A stretch of 59,554 nt of DNA, from assembly GCA_043812495.1 (NCBI GenBank), contig JBDRMG010000043.1, positions 1 to 59,554 of the forward strand. Reading direction: 5' to 3'. Position numbers and translations under genes: made by a program. This document shows, piece by piece, positions 1 to 8,847 of the stretch (the stretch's first letter is position 1; each line of letters starts with the position of its first letter). The notes under the pieces are model-generated. The model was not told the origin of the DNA and made no database searches. It worked only from the letters and a program-made list of their open reading frames with translations. This DNA is from Candidatus Omnitrophota bacterium (GTDB lineage Bacteria; Omnitrophota; Gorgyraeia; Zapsychrales; JBDRMG01).

Positions 1-1
1 T

Positions 2-118
2 TTCTTTCATTTCTTGCGTTATCTCTTTCGAGAGCAAAGCCTTTCGATACTTCACTGGCAAGACCAAATGATAGTGGATTTGGTAAGCGCAATGATATCC
101 TTTGTGTACTTGTCCCAT
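2..118 (-). mobile_element. tnpA: IS200/IS605-family Y1 (HUH) transposase TnpA, N-terminal 39 codons, running off the window edge
   Basis: Hand translation of the minus strand from ATG at 118: MGQVHKGYHCAYQIHYHLVLPVKYRKALLSKEITQEMKE, matching the IS200 TnpA N-terminal pattern H-x-x-Y-x-x-x-Y-H-x-V-x-x-x-K-Y-R. Not in the ORF track. Confidence 0.85.
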
Positions 119-151
119 GGGTTACCATATTACCTTGAAAAACTACGGTTT

Positions 152-1063
152 TCAAACTTTCCCTACATATGGTATCCCAGTGGCAAGACCACAGGGAATA
201 ATCAAGTTCAAATTGATCGGAAGAGCCACTTTACTAAAATAAACAAATAAGGATTGAAAAATAATATAGATTTGCAACAACGGAAAATCTGTATACTGAA
301 AACTGCTATACATAGCTTTTTGAGTATAGCCCAAAGTAAATTGATTTAATACAGCCATGCGCATCGACACGTAAATCGTAAGAACAATGCCAAATCCAAA
401 AATATAAGGCCATCGATGCAGGATCAGATTCTTAGCATTTCTTTCCACAAAATAATAATCGTATGTTAACAGAATAAAAGGTAACATCACGGCAAGTTCT
501 TTGGTCAATAAGGCGATAAAAAACAGCACCAGAGATAACCCATAAAGTATAATTTTATTTTTCTGGCCTTTCAAAAATTTCGCGTACGATAAAAATGATC
601 CCAACATCAAACAGGTCACGACAATATCCCTTCGGTTAAAGACGGCTGACACGGGCTCCGTGTGCAACGGATGGAGGCAAAACAAAATAGCGCTCACAGT
701 CGCAAAAAAATCATCTTCGAAAATTTCTCTGGCAAAATAAAAAATGAGAACCGCGCATAAAAAATGCAAGAACACATTGTGCAAATGAAAGAAAAAAGGA
801 TTCAAGTCCCATAGCTGATAATCCAGCATAAAAGACATCAAAAAGAGGGGACGATAATAAATGTCAAAACCTCTACCCCAGGAAGAGAGGTCATTAAGAT
901 TCTTGTGAAAAAAATCAGAAATGTATTTGAAATGTCGAATAAAAGGATTTTTCACGATAAAGGCCTGATCATCCCAGACAAAATCATTAAAGAGCGTATT
1001 CCCGTACGCCAAAGACGTTAAGAGAAAAAGACTGAAGATCACCAACCGTCTATCGACGACCAT
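152..1063 (-). pseudogene. TMTC/DUF1736-like GT-C membrane glycosyltransferase, truncated by the IS200-like insertion
   Basis: N-terminal motifs (NTLFNDFVWDD, YYRPL, LHPLHTEPVSAVFNRRD, KELAV) fit TMTC-like proteins. The reading loses family character after PINLNL (about 205-197) and stops at 152 with no TPR domain. Start set at ATG 1063 (MVVDRR). Confidence 0.7.
176..196 (-). mobile_element. Subterminal hairpin of the IS200-like element left end
   Basis: Minus strand CCCTGTGG-TCTTG-CCACTGGG, an imperfect stem with one T.T mismatch, about 60 nt upstream of the tnpA ATG. Confidence 0.65.
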
Positions 1064-3050
1064 GTTTTTGTCTTTCCTTTTTTCCTGTCGCTTGCCGAAG
1101 ATCTTGGATTTGATCGCGCAATTGCGCAGCCCTTTCGAACTGCAGGTTTCTTGCGGCCAATTCCATTTCGCGCTCAAGCTCAGCGATATAGCTCGCAAAC
1201 GCATGATCTTCCGGATTTTGGCCGGCTATTTGAGCGACATATTCCTCGGCCTCTTCGAATTGTTCGATTCCCTGGTGAATCGCCTTTTGAATCGACCGCG
1301 GCGTGATACGGTTCTTCGTGTTAAAAGCGATCTGGATTTTTCGACGCCTCTCGCTTTCTTGAATAGCCGCCTTCATCGCTTGAGTCATTTTGTTCGCGTA
1401 CATGATGACGCATCCGTTGATATGGCGCGCGGCCCGACCCGCCACCTGAATAAGCGAAGTTTGCGAGCGTAAAAACCCTTCTTTATCGGCATCAAAGATC
1501 GCGACCAACGACACTTCCGGCAAATCCAGACCCTCGCGCAGCAAGTTGACTCCCACGAGGCAATCAAATTCTTTCATGCGTAATTCTTTCAATATTTTGA
1601 CCCGGTCAAAGGTCTCGATTTCCGAATGTAAGTATTTTACCTTTAATTGAGCCTCTTGCAAATACTCTGTCAAATCTTCTGCCATCCTCTTGGTGAGGGT
1701 CGTGACCAGAACCCGTTCATTTTTCTTAGCTCGCTTTTGAACTTCCTTCATAAGATCCTGCACCTGACCCTGGGTGGGTCGAATCGCAATCGGCGGATCG
1801 ATAATCCCGGTCGGTCGGATGATTTGTTCGACAATATGGTCTTTGCTTTCCTTACGTTCAAAAGGTCCCGGTGTCGCAGAAACAAAGATCCTTTGACCGA
1901 TGGTAGATGTAAATTCGTCAAATTTTAGCGGTCGATTATCCAAACAAGAGGGAAGCCGAAATCCATGCTCCACCAGAGTCTCTTTTCTTGAGCGATCCCC
2001 TTCATACATTCCGTTCAATTGCGGAATCGTCACGTGGGATTCGTCAATAGCCACCAGGAAATCCTTCGGAAAATAATCAATCAGGCAGAACGGGCGACTG
2101 CCGGCCGGACGCCCCGAAAGCGATCGAGAGTAATTCTCGATCCCATGACAATAGCCAACCTCCTTAAGCATTTCCATATCATAACGCGTTCGTGAATTTA
2201 ATCGCTCGGCTTCGAGTAATTTTCCATTTTGTTTAAAGAATTCCACCCGTTCTTGAAGCTCTCCCTCAATGAGCCCAAGACCGCGGTCAATGCTCTCCTG
2301 AGCCATAATAAAGTGTTTGGCGGGATAAACGGCAATCTTTTCAACCTCAGACTTGATTTCGCCCGTAACAGGGTCAATTTGAGAAATTTGAGAAATGCGA
2401 TCTTGCGCAAACTCCAGTCGAATGGCTTCCTGACGGTACGCCGGAAAAATCTCAACAACCTCTCCGCGAACTCTGATTTTTCCTCTGGTAAATTCATAAT
2501 CATTTCGCTCGTATTGCATTTCAACCATGGAGCGAAGTATTTCATCCCGGTCAACGATTTGACCCAGCGTGCAAACAAGCAAGCGGTCCTTGTATTCTTC
2601 GGGAGATCCGAGATTATAGATACAAGAAACGCTGGCGACAATTAAAGTATCGCGTCGGGATAATAGCGAGCTTGTGGCCGAGAGCCTTAAGCGATCCAGG
2701 TTGTCGTTGATCGAAGCATCCTTCTCGATATAAATATCCGTCTGGGGAATATACGCCTCGGGCTGATAATAATCGTAGTAACTCACAAAATACTCAACCG
2801 CATTCTCGGGAAAGAATTCCTTAAATTCACTGTAGAGCTGAGCCGCTAATGTTTTGTTATGCGAAATCACGAGGGTGGGGCGATTAATTTGTTCAATGAC
2901 ATTCGCGAGCGTAAAGGTCTTGCCGCTTCCGGTGACACCTAAGAGTACTTGGGCACGGTCATTATGCTGAATGCCTTTCAGAAGCTGATCAATGGCCTTG
3001 ATCTGCTCAGGAACAGGTCGGAATTTACTTTTTAAGACAAATTTTTCCAT
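1050..3050 (-). CDS. uvrB: Excinuclease ABC subunit B
   Basis: Walker A GVTGSGKT, FVSYYDYYQPEAY, IDESH, C-terminal UVR domain. Confidence 0.99.
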   Translation of the reverse strand: MEKFVLKSKFRPVPEQIKAIDQLLKGIQHNDRAQVLLGVTGSGKTFTLANVIEQINRPTLVISHNKTLAAQLYSEFKEFFPENAVEYFVSYYDYYQPEAYIPQTDIYIEKDASINDNLDRLRLSATSSLLSRRDTLIVASVSCIYNLGSPEEYKDRLLVCTLGQIVDRDEILRSMVEMQYERNDYEFTRGKIRVRGEVVEIFPAYRQEAIRLEFAQDRISQISQIDPVTGEIKSEVEKIAVYPAKHFIMAQESIDRGLGLIEGELQERVEFFKQNGKLLEAERLNSRTRYDMEMLKEVGYCHGIENYSRSLSGRPAGSRPFCLIDYFPKDFLVAIDESHVTIPQLNGMYEGDRSRKETLVEHGFRLPSCLDNRPLKFDEFTSTIGQRIFVSATPGPFERKESKDHIVEQIIRPTGIIDPPIAIRPTQGQVQDLMKEVQKRAKKNERVLVTTLTKRMAEDLTEYLQEAQLKVKYLHSEIETFDRVKILKELRMKEFDCLVGVNLLREGLDLPEVSLVAIFDADKEGFLRSQTSLIQVAGRAARHINGCVIMYANKMTQAMKAAIQESERRRKIQIAFNTKNRITPRSIQKAIHQGIEQFEEAEEYVAQIAGQNPEDHAFASYIAELEREMELAARNLQFERAAQLRDQIQDLRQATGKKERQKHGRR

Positions 3051-3062
3051 GGATGCCGAATG

Positions 3063-3229
3063 TTATTCTACTTCGCATAACCAATGGTAACGATGATATA
3101 TGTCCTTCTTCGTAGCCTTGGCAAAGGAGACCTTCGTAGAATATTCCTGCCTGCCGGCAGGCAGGCTCGTCAGAATAATTCTCCGAAGCCTGTACCATTA
3201 TGTTCCATTAGTAAGGCGAAGGAGAATAA
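3063..3229. repeat. Dispersed MITE-like repeat, family A copy 1, with two nested palindromic inserts
   Basis: Terminal inverted repeats TTATTCTACTTCGC ... GCGAAGGAGAATAA (13/14 match). Near-identical backbone at 48648-48765. Confidence 0.85.
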
Positions 3230-3265
3230 AGGAAGGATCGCAAAAACAATGGCCACTTTTTCTGA

Positions 3266-3718
3266 CTATTTCTCAAGGAGTTCGGAAATCCGATTAAAGA
3301 TTTTCTCAACAACCGGGTCGTTCTTATAGCTCTGAATGCTTTTGAATAAAGCAGGCGTTACGGAGAAATACCGTATTTCCACGTCTGTGCTTTTGTTCAA
3401 TGACCAAACGTAAATATTTAGACTCATATAGCGGGAGGATAAGAGAAGGGGTGTCTGCCGAACATTGGTAAAAATGAGGATTTGTTTACTCTCTTCACCC
3501 GGAATAAGGCCTTCCTGTTCAAAAACAGCAGGATGTGACGTATCAGAGATCTTCCACCCTAAATTCTTGAGGGCCTCCAAAGTGGCATTAAGCGTATCCT
3601 CATAACTTGCATAATATTTTTTCTCATAAGGAAATTCGTCTCTTAAGTACTTAGGAATTTTGACAGTTACGCAACCCGCGCAAACCATGAATAAAATCAA
3701 GCAAATAACTTTTTTCAT
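3266..3718 (-). CDS. Hypothetical lipoprotein
   Basis: Signal peptide with lipobox-like CAGC; RBS GGAGG upstream. Confidence 0.75.
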   Translation of the reverse strand: MKKVICLILFMVCAGCVTVKIPKYLRDEFPYEKKYYASYEDTLNATLEALKNLGWKISDTSHPAVFEQEGLIPGEESKQILIFTNVRQTPLLLSSRYMSLNIYVWSLNKSTDVEIRYFSVTPALFKSIQSYKNDPVVEKIFNRISELLEK

Positions 3719-3759
3719 ACCTGGCCTCCCGTTTTATTTCTGGCTTTGAAGAATGTCCT

Positions 3760-3788
3760 ATTATATATCTTTGATGCCTTCTGGTCAA
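3760..3788 (-). promoter_or_regulatory. Sigma70-type promoter for the lipoprotein gene (and possibly uvrB)
   Basis: Minus strand TTGACC-17 nt-TATAAT. Confidence 0.7.
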
Positions 3789-3848
3789 CGATCTGATCAT
3801 CAATTCAATCAGCGGATTCTTAAATGAAAGCTAACTTCGTGAGCTATC

Positions 3849-5963
3849 TTAGGGATTGGGGTTCTCCTGGATCGCTTTATTGGCTTCGTTCTCAATATAT
3901 TTTTGTATTCCTTCGCTTACTTTGTCTTTGAGTTTATCGCGAAAATCGCTTTTTACGAGTTCTGTGCGTAGCCCTCCCTCAAAACCGCTTAAATGGACGA
4001 CAAAATCCAATCGATCTTCTCGTTCACGGGCAATGGCCATGAGTTTCCTGAAAATTTTTGATTGGGCAAGCAGTTTCCTCGGTAAACTTAAAGCGACATG
4101 GCCCTCCAGCCAGCTGTTAACGGCCACATCAAAACTTGAGCGCATCGCAATATCAGGTCCGTCGAAATCAAATCGTCGTATACGGCTTTCGTTCGCAGAA
4201 GACTCAAAATCACACAAAATTTGTGCATCGTTAATGGTTTTGATCGATGGAATCCCAATAAAATCTGCGACTTTATCCAGGGGCTCAAGTTCACTGAGTT
4301 CAAATTGATCCGCTTGCACCAGGCCTTTGACAGAAGGACCTTTCTTCTCATTGAGAAGAATGACCCCGCTAAAATTCCCAGACATGCGGCCTTTGAGCGG
4401 CGCAAGTAACTTCACATCAACCAAATGAAGTTGATCGGCTTTAAGCATTAATGAATAATCTTTCTTTTGAGGATTGATATTCACATGTCCTTTGATGTGG
4501 ACCTGACCTCCATAGCCATTGAATTGAAGGTCATGGATTTCTGTTTTCCGGCCGATAAAACTCAACGAGGCGTGGGCGTCTTTAAAACCAAAGGACTGCG
4601 CCTCAAGAACGCCCTGATCCGTTGTCTCGCTTGCGATCAGCTCAAGACTTGAAATTTGTAGGGAAATTTGAGATTGTTCTTTCGTCTGATTCTCCCTGGA
4701 AAAAATAAAATCACTTAATGATAACGTATACTGTCTTGTTTTCTCGCTATTGCGGCCCGCAAGGCTTAGCTGTCCTTTAAACTGAGGACCAACCGTTTGC
4801 CCTTTTAAGCCGGCCTGTAAGAACGAGGCATCGGACTCTTTTTCCTTTGCCTTCTGCAAAGCCGAAACACTCATGCGCAGATTCCAAAAAGGTCGCGCAA
4901 AATCTTTCACGGAGCCTTTGATCGAAAGAGCAAACTGATTATCCAGAATTCCCCGCATTTCTTTAACGGTAAGAGTCTTGTCTTTAAACCGATAATCCGC
5001 CAGGCAGGAAAAATGGTCAATAAGTAAAAGATCCTTATCGAACGTTAAGCGAACAGTCGGCATGGCGAGCTCCGATTTGAGGTTGAGATCAGATAGCTCG
5101 CCCGCCAGCTGAGCTATATAGCGGATTCCACCGCCCGCAGGCTTAAATTCCTTAAACGCATCCATGTGATCCAAGCGCACATCGTTGGAATATAATTTTA
5201 TGTTTATTTTTGGCTGGACGGGGAAATTCTCAATTATTCCTGAGCCGGAAAAACTGCCGTCACGAACAAAAAGACCGACTTTATTGACCATGATATCCGG
5301 GCCGATCCGCTCGACATCCAAAGTAAACCTATTTCTCTTGAATATATTTTGAAGATTCTTATTCTTAAAATACCAAGAGATCGCCGTGGATTTCTCACTG
5401 TGCACCCAGCCGTCGCAAATCATTCTGTTCTTCTGCTGATCGATACAAAAATTAACCACTAAGGTTAAACGTTGGCCCTGACTGTCTTTTTGCGGAAAAT
5501 TTATTTGTAAATCTCTGAAGCAGATTTTGGCATCGCGAAAGCTGACGCCGGGAACGGATTTTTCATCCTGTTTCTGGGCATCATCGAGAGAGGAAAAGAA
5601 CCGATCCGCAACGATTTGTTCCTGAAATGGCGGCAAGTCAATGCGGGCGTGATCAACCACAATATCCCGCAGAACCAATCGATTGCGAAAAAGTTCTATG
5701 AAAGAATGTTTCAGCGTGATAGACCCCATGGAAAGATAAGCCCGCTGAGAATCCCCAAAGCGGATATTCTCTATTTTGATTCCCGTTAAAGGCGACAACG
5801 TCACGCGTTTCATGGAAATCCACGGACCGGCTGTTTGGGACACAATTTGACCGATGTTTTGAGCGTAGTTATTCTTCAGGATGGCGAAAAAGAGGGCAAA
5901 ACAATAGCAGAGCAAGAAGGGGATAAAAAAATAAACGCAATTTTTGAATGTTTGTTTTTTCAA
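3849..5963 (-). CDS. AsmA-like membrane-anchored periplasmic protein
   Basis: N-terminal TM helix, beta-rich body, AsmA-like C-terminal pattern; TTG start. Confidence 0.6.
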   Translation of the reverse strand: MKKQTFKNCVYFFIPFLLCYCFALFFAILKNNYAQNIGQIVSQTAGPWISMKRVTLSPLTGIKIENIRFGDSQRAYLSMGSITLKHSFIELFRNRLVLRDIVVDHARIDLPPFQEQIVADRFFSSLDDAQKQDEKSVPGVSFRDAKICFRDLQINFPQKDSQGQRLTLVVNFCIDQQKNRMICDGWVHSEKSTAISWYFKNKNLQNIFKRNRFTLDVERIGPDIMVNKVGLFVRDGSFSGSGIIENFPVQPKINIKLYSNDVRLDHMDAFKEFKPAGGGIRYIAQLAGELSDLNLKSELAMPTVRLTFDKDLLLIDHFSCLADYRFKDKTLTVKEMRGILDNQFALSIKGSVKDFARPFWNLRMSVSALQKAKEKESDASFLQAGLKGQTVGPQFKGQLSLAGRNSEKTRQYTLSLSDFIFSRENQTKEQSQISLQISSLELIASETTDQGVLEAQSFGFKDAHASLSFIGRKTEIHDLQFNGYGGQVHIKGHVNINPQKKDYSLMLKADQLHLVDVKLLAPLKGRMSGNFSGVILLNEKKGPSVKGLVQADQFELSELEPLDKVADFIGIPSIKTINDAQILCDFESSANESRIRRFDFDGPDIAMRSSFDVAVNSWLEGHVALSLPRKLLAQSKIFRKLMAIAREREDRLDFVVHLSGFEGGLRTELVKSDFRDKLKDKVSEGIQKYIENEANKAIQENPNP

Positions 5964-6011
5964 AATATAGCGGATTGATAGGCTGAAACGTTAGGGGATA
6001 AAATCCTGACC

Positions 6012-6524
6012 TTAGGGAGTAATTTCCATAAAACGGTTCCCGTTTAGAAAAATCTCAATTTTATCCACATAATAATAAATTTCGTAGGCATTGCCAAATT
6101 GGGACGTTAAGTCTATTTTCTTAAATTCATTGAAAAGAAGGATAAACTGGTCCCTGAACATTTCTTTTTTCAAGAAATCGACTTTCTCCTGGTCATGCTT
6201 CTTCAGGGCAAGTTTTAAAAGAAAAGCGTTCGCCACAAGAGCGAAGGAATGGCTGGAGTCTTCTTCGATGCATTTTCCAAATGCCACAGACGCATCACGG
6301 GCCGCACCGTTTTTGAAATAATATTCACCCAAAGCAAAATAGATTTCGCTTCTTTTTTGGGATGTAATCTTTCCGCTGAGCTGACTGCGCAGTTTCATGA
6401 ATTGATTGATTTCTGGAATCAGATCTTTGCTCTTAAAAAAATAGGCCGCCTCTTGCGCAAAAATATTGGAATGGACTAAGAAGGTCAAGACGACAACAAG
6501 GATGATCATTTTCATCAATTTCAT
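6012..6524 (-). CDS. Hypothetical secreted protein with a TPR-like helix pair
   Basis: Signal peptide; IYFALGEYYF TPR-like segment. Confidence 0.6.
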   Translation of the reverse strand: MKLMKMIILVVVLTFLVHSNIFAQEAAYFFKSKDLIPEINQFMKLRSQLSGKITSQKRSEIYFALGEYYFKNGAARDASVAFGKCIEEDSSHSFALVANAFLLKLALKKHDQEKVDFLKKEMFRDQFILLFNEFKKIDLTSQFGNAYEIYYYVDKIEIFLNGNRFMEITP

Positions 6525-6565
6525 TTCTCACTCCTCTCATTGGACAACCAGATCAGTCTTACCAA

Positions 6566-6880
6566 TCAACAAATTTTTCCGTGTTTATAAGGCCTCTTCT
6601 TATTGATATCGGCCTTGCGCAGTATTTCTTTCTGAATATCGATACGAAGCCCGCCGCATAAATCAAAAAGGCGTATGAATGTATCCGCCAGTTCCTCTTT
6701 AAAATTTTCTTTATTTTGCAAACGGTGGGCTTCCATGGCTTCTGCCAACTCAGTCACGATCAGCATCAAGGCCTCTCCGATATTTCTTTTTTCATCCCAA
6801 AAACCCTTTTTGACCGCTGTTCGATGGCATAATGCTGTTAACTCTCTCAATGTCAGGTCTTCTTTATTTATTTTTGACAA
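6566..6880 (-). CDS. MazG-like nucleotide pyrophosphohydrolase
   Basis: ELAEAMEA...EELADTFIRL motif; RBS AGGAG before the TTG start. Confidence 0.85.
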   Translation of the reverse strand: MSKINKEDLTLRELTALCHRTAVKKGFWDEKRNIGEALMLIVTELAEAMEAHRLQNKENFKEELADTFIRLFDLCGGLRIDIQKEILRKADINKKRPYKHGKIC

Positions 6881-6895
6881 AGCATTTCTCCTTTT

Positions 6896-7070
6896 AATGA
6901 GGTCTGTACTTATGGAACGGCAGTGCCCGCTAATTTCTTTAAAATTTAGCGAGGTCTCGTCAATTCGATTTCATCGAATTGACGGAAACATAAGTGCATG
7001 ACCGAATTAACCCCGCCCGCCACCGAATCAATGGCGGGCGGGGATGAAGCAAATACGATGATGCTATTTC
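6896..7070. repeat. Family B modular two-stem repeat, copy 1
   Basis: AATGAG...ACTTATG[hairpins]CATAAGT...GAATTAACCCC[hairpin]GGGGATGAAGCAAAT...TATTTC. Homologues at 31765, 36468, 42532 and 59354. Confidence 0.85.
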
Positions 7071-7116
7071 TACTTAAAAACCATCACCGAATAACTTGTA
7101 TCGTTAAATCATGCCT

Positions 7117-7848
7117 CTAGCAAATCACATCTCTATTATACTCATCAAAGCCAGTTTTTCTATAGTGCCTTGCGATAAAATCTCTCATATCATTAGCGAG
7201 CGGAATCTCTAGGCGAATCATTTTTTTTGTGACCGGATGAAACCACTGCAATGCGCTCGCGTGCAAGGCGGTGCGTTTAAATTTCAGCGCAAAATCTTTG
7301 GCAAAAGCGTATTTGCGTTCTCCCACAAGGGGATGGCCAATCTGACTAAAATGAATGCGGATTTGATTTGTCCGGCCTGTCTGAGGACTCACTTCAAGTA
7401 CGCTATAAAATTTCTTTGAAGCCATAAGGCGATAGTAAGTCAACGCTCTTTTGGGATGAGCGTTTCTGGAGAACTTTCTTTGATCAACATCCAGGACGGG
7501 ACTTTGAATTGTCCCTTTTGGATGCTTGAGTCGTCCGTGAACGAGGGCAATATATTGCTTCTTGACCATCTGCTTGTGAAATTCATCCATGAGAAGCTTT
7601 TGATTACGCTTTCCTTTCGCAAAAAGAATGATCCCGGACGTATCCCGGTCTAAGCGATGACAAGGATGCAGCCGATACGATAACTGGAGAGGAAGAATAG
7701 CTTGATTGACAATATCCACAAGGGTATGGGATTCACGCTTGGGTGTTGGAATGACCAAAAGGCCGGACGGCTTATTGAAGGCAATGCAGCAATCATCTTC
7801 GTAAACGATGGGGATGATTCGCGAGAGTTGACTTTGTATGAGTTCCAT
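7117..7848 (-). CDS. RluA-family pseudouridine synthase
   Basis: NKPSGLLV, HRLDRDTSG, TGRTNQIRIH motifs. Confidence 0.95.
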   Translation of the reverse strand: MELIQSQLSRIIPIVYEDDCCIAFNKPSGLLVIPTPKRESHTLVDIVNQAILPLQLSYRLHPCHRLDRDTSGIILFAKGKRNQKLLMDEFHKQMVKKQYIALVHGRLKHPKGTIQSPVLDVDQRKFSRNAHPKRALTYYRLMASKKFYSVLEVSPQTGRTNQIRIHFSQIGHPLVGERKYAFAKDFALKFKRTALHASALQWFHPVTKKMIRLEIPLANDMRDFIARHYRKTGFDEYNRDVIC

Positions 7849-7935
7849 GCAGGGTTGGAAATAAGATCGGTATTATGCCTTCAATTTAAAGAATGTCGTT
7901 AAAGAAGGTCAGGATGCCAAAGCATCACGAAAAGC

Positions 7936-8106
7936 TTACTCTCCGTGCGGGGCTTCGCTCTCCGGATCAAACTGTGAGCGCAACAATTCCGTCAAATAAT
8001 TGAGCTTACGAATGATAATAATCGGAAATAGGATAAACATCCAAACCTGCAGAAGAAAGGCAATAATCATCTGAAAAGGCGTAACTGAAACCGATAAATT
8101 TTCCAT
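7936..8106 (-). CDS. Small 56-aa membrane protein (not in ORF track)
   Basis: Hand translation MENLSVSVTPFQMIIAFLLQVWMFILFPIIIIRKLNYLTELLRSQFDPESEAPHGE; ATG is 7 nt after the PilZ stop; one hydrophobic helix. Confidence 0.65.
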   Translation of the reverse strand: MENLSVSVTPFQMIIAFLLQVWMFILFPIIIIRKLNYLTELLRSQFDPESEAPHGE

Positions 8107-8113
8107 AAACGTC

Positions 8114-8539
8114 TTAATCCTTCGTTATGGTTGGATTGTCCATGGGGACTTTTTTTAAAGTGGAGTCCACATAGTCAGCAATCATTTTCCGGTCTTTCTG
8201 TTCCATTTCGCTAAAATAAATAGCGACTTGGAAATAATCATCACCCGGCTCTGATTCCACCCGGACGATCACTCCTTGGCAGGAGATCTTTTTAGGCACA
8301 TCTTTGTTGCGTCTTTTAAATGGTAAAAGCAGATGGATCTTGAGTTTGGTCATCGGCTCAAGATACTTGTTGACGCGGCAATACGCTCCGGCGCAGCTTA
8401 AATTACGCGTTTCCGTCACCATATCAAAATCATCACTGCATATTTTGACCGGAATATTATTCTTCAGACGCGGATGCTTTCGTCGTTCGTTCAACGGAGC
8501 TTTTTGAGCCGCTTCTTGATCCATAGAATGGTCTAGCAT
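8114..8539 (-). CDS. PilZ-domain protein
   Basis: RRKHPR and NLSCAG match the RxxxR and (D/N)xSxxG c-di-GMP motifs. Confidence 0.9.
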   Translation of the reverse strand: MLDHSMDQEAAQKAPLNERRKHPRLKNNIPVKICSDDFDMVTETRNLSCAGAYCRVNKYLEPMTKLKIHLLLPFKRRNKDVPKKISCQGVIVRVESEPGDDYFQVAIYFSEMEQKDRKMIADYVDSTLKKVPMDNPTITKD

Positions 8540-8548
8540 GAGATTGGT

Positions 8549-8707
8549 TTAACCTTTTTTAGCTTCTTCGGGAGCCTTGCTTTTTGCCTTCCAGCAGTTT
8601 TTATTGCAATAATACTGTCCGTTACGATAGTATTTTGTTGCTTTTCTTAATGGTTTCTTGCAATTTAAACAATTTGTTGCGATTTCAACAGTTTTTTCTT
8701 CAGCCAT
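8549..8707 (-). CDS. Small 52-aa Cys4 zinc-finger-like basic protein (not in ORF track)
   Basis: Hand translation MAEEKTVEIATNCLNCKKPLRKATKYYRNGQYYCNKNCWKAKSKAPEEAKKG; CxxC...CxxxC; AAAGGAG upstream; stop is 9 nt before the PilZ start. Confidence 0.7.
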   Translation of the reverse strand: MAEEKTVEIATNCLNCKKPLRKATKYYRNGQYYCNKNCWKAKSKAPEEAKKG

Positions 8708-8847
8708 ACAGCATTATACTCCTTTCTTAAGAAAATTCCACTTGATTTCAATTCTTTCAAATAACATTGACTCTGAATTGTTTCCTACTATAGCACAAGA
8801 TCGACTTTTTTAAAAGAATCAAATCATGGGAATGGTTTTTTAGGTAA

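Noticed and set aside
53-191. 14-nt near-direct repeat CA(C/G)TGGCAAGACCA at 53-66 and 178-191
   Set aside because: One copy is the IS hairpin and the other is tnpA coding sequence (L-V-L-P-V). With only two short copies I cannot distinguish function from chance.
14-250. Plus-strand 78-aa ORF in the track
   Set aside because: It is antisense to the recognisable tnpA and TMTC frames and has no family features.
3051-3265. LexA/SOS box upstream of uvrB
   Set aside because: No palindrome matching LexA motifs I know (CTGT-N8-ACAG, GAAC-N4-GTTC, TGTTC-N4-GAACA); the palindromes present belong to repeat family A.
3084-3329. ORFs 3084-3329 (+) and 3100-3297 (+)
   Set aside because: They read through repeat family A (LPAGRQ-type peptides come from the palindrome) and are not credible genes.
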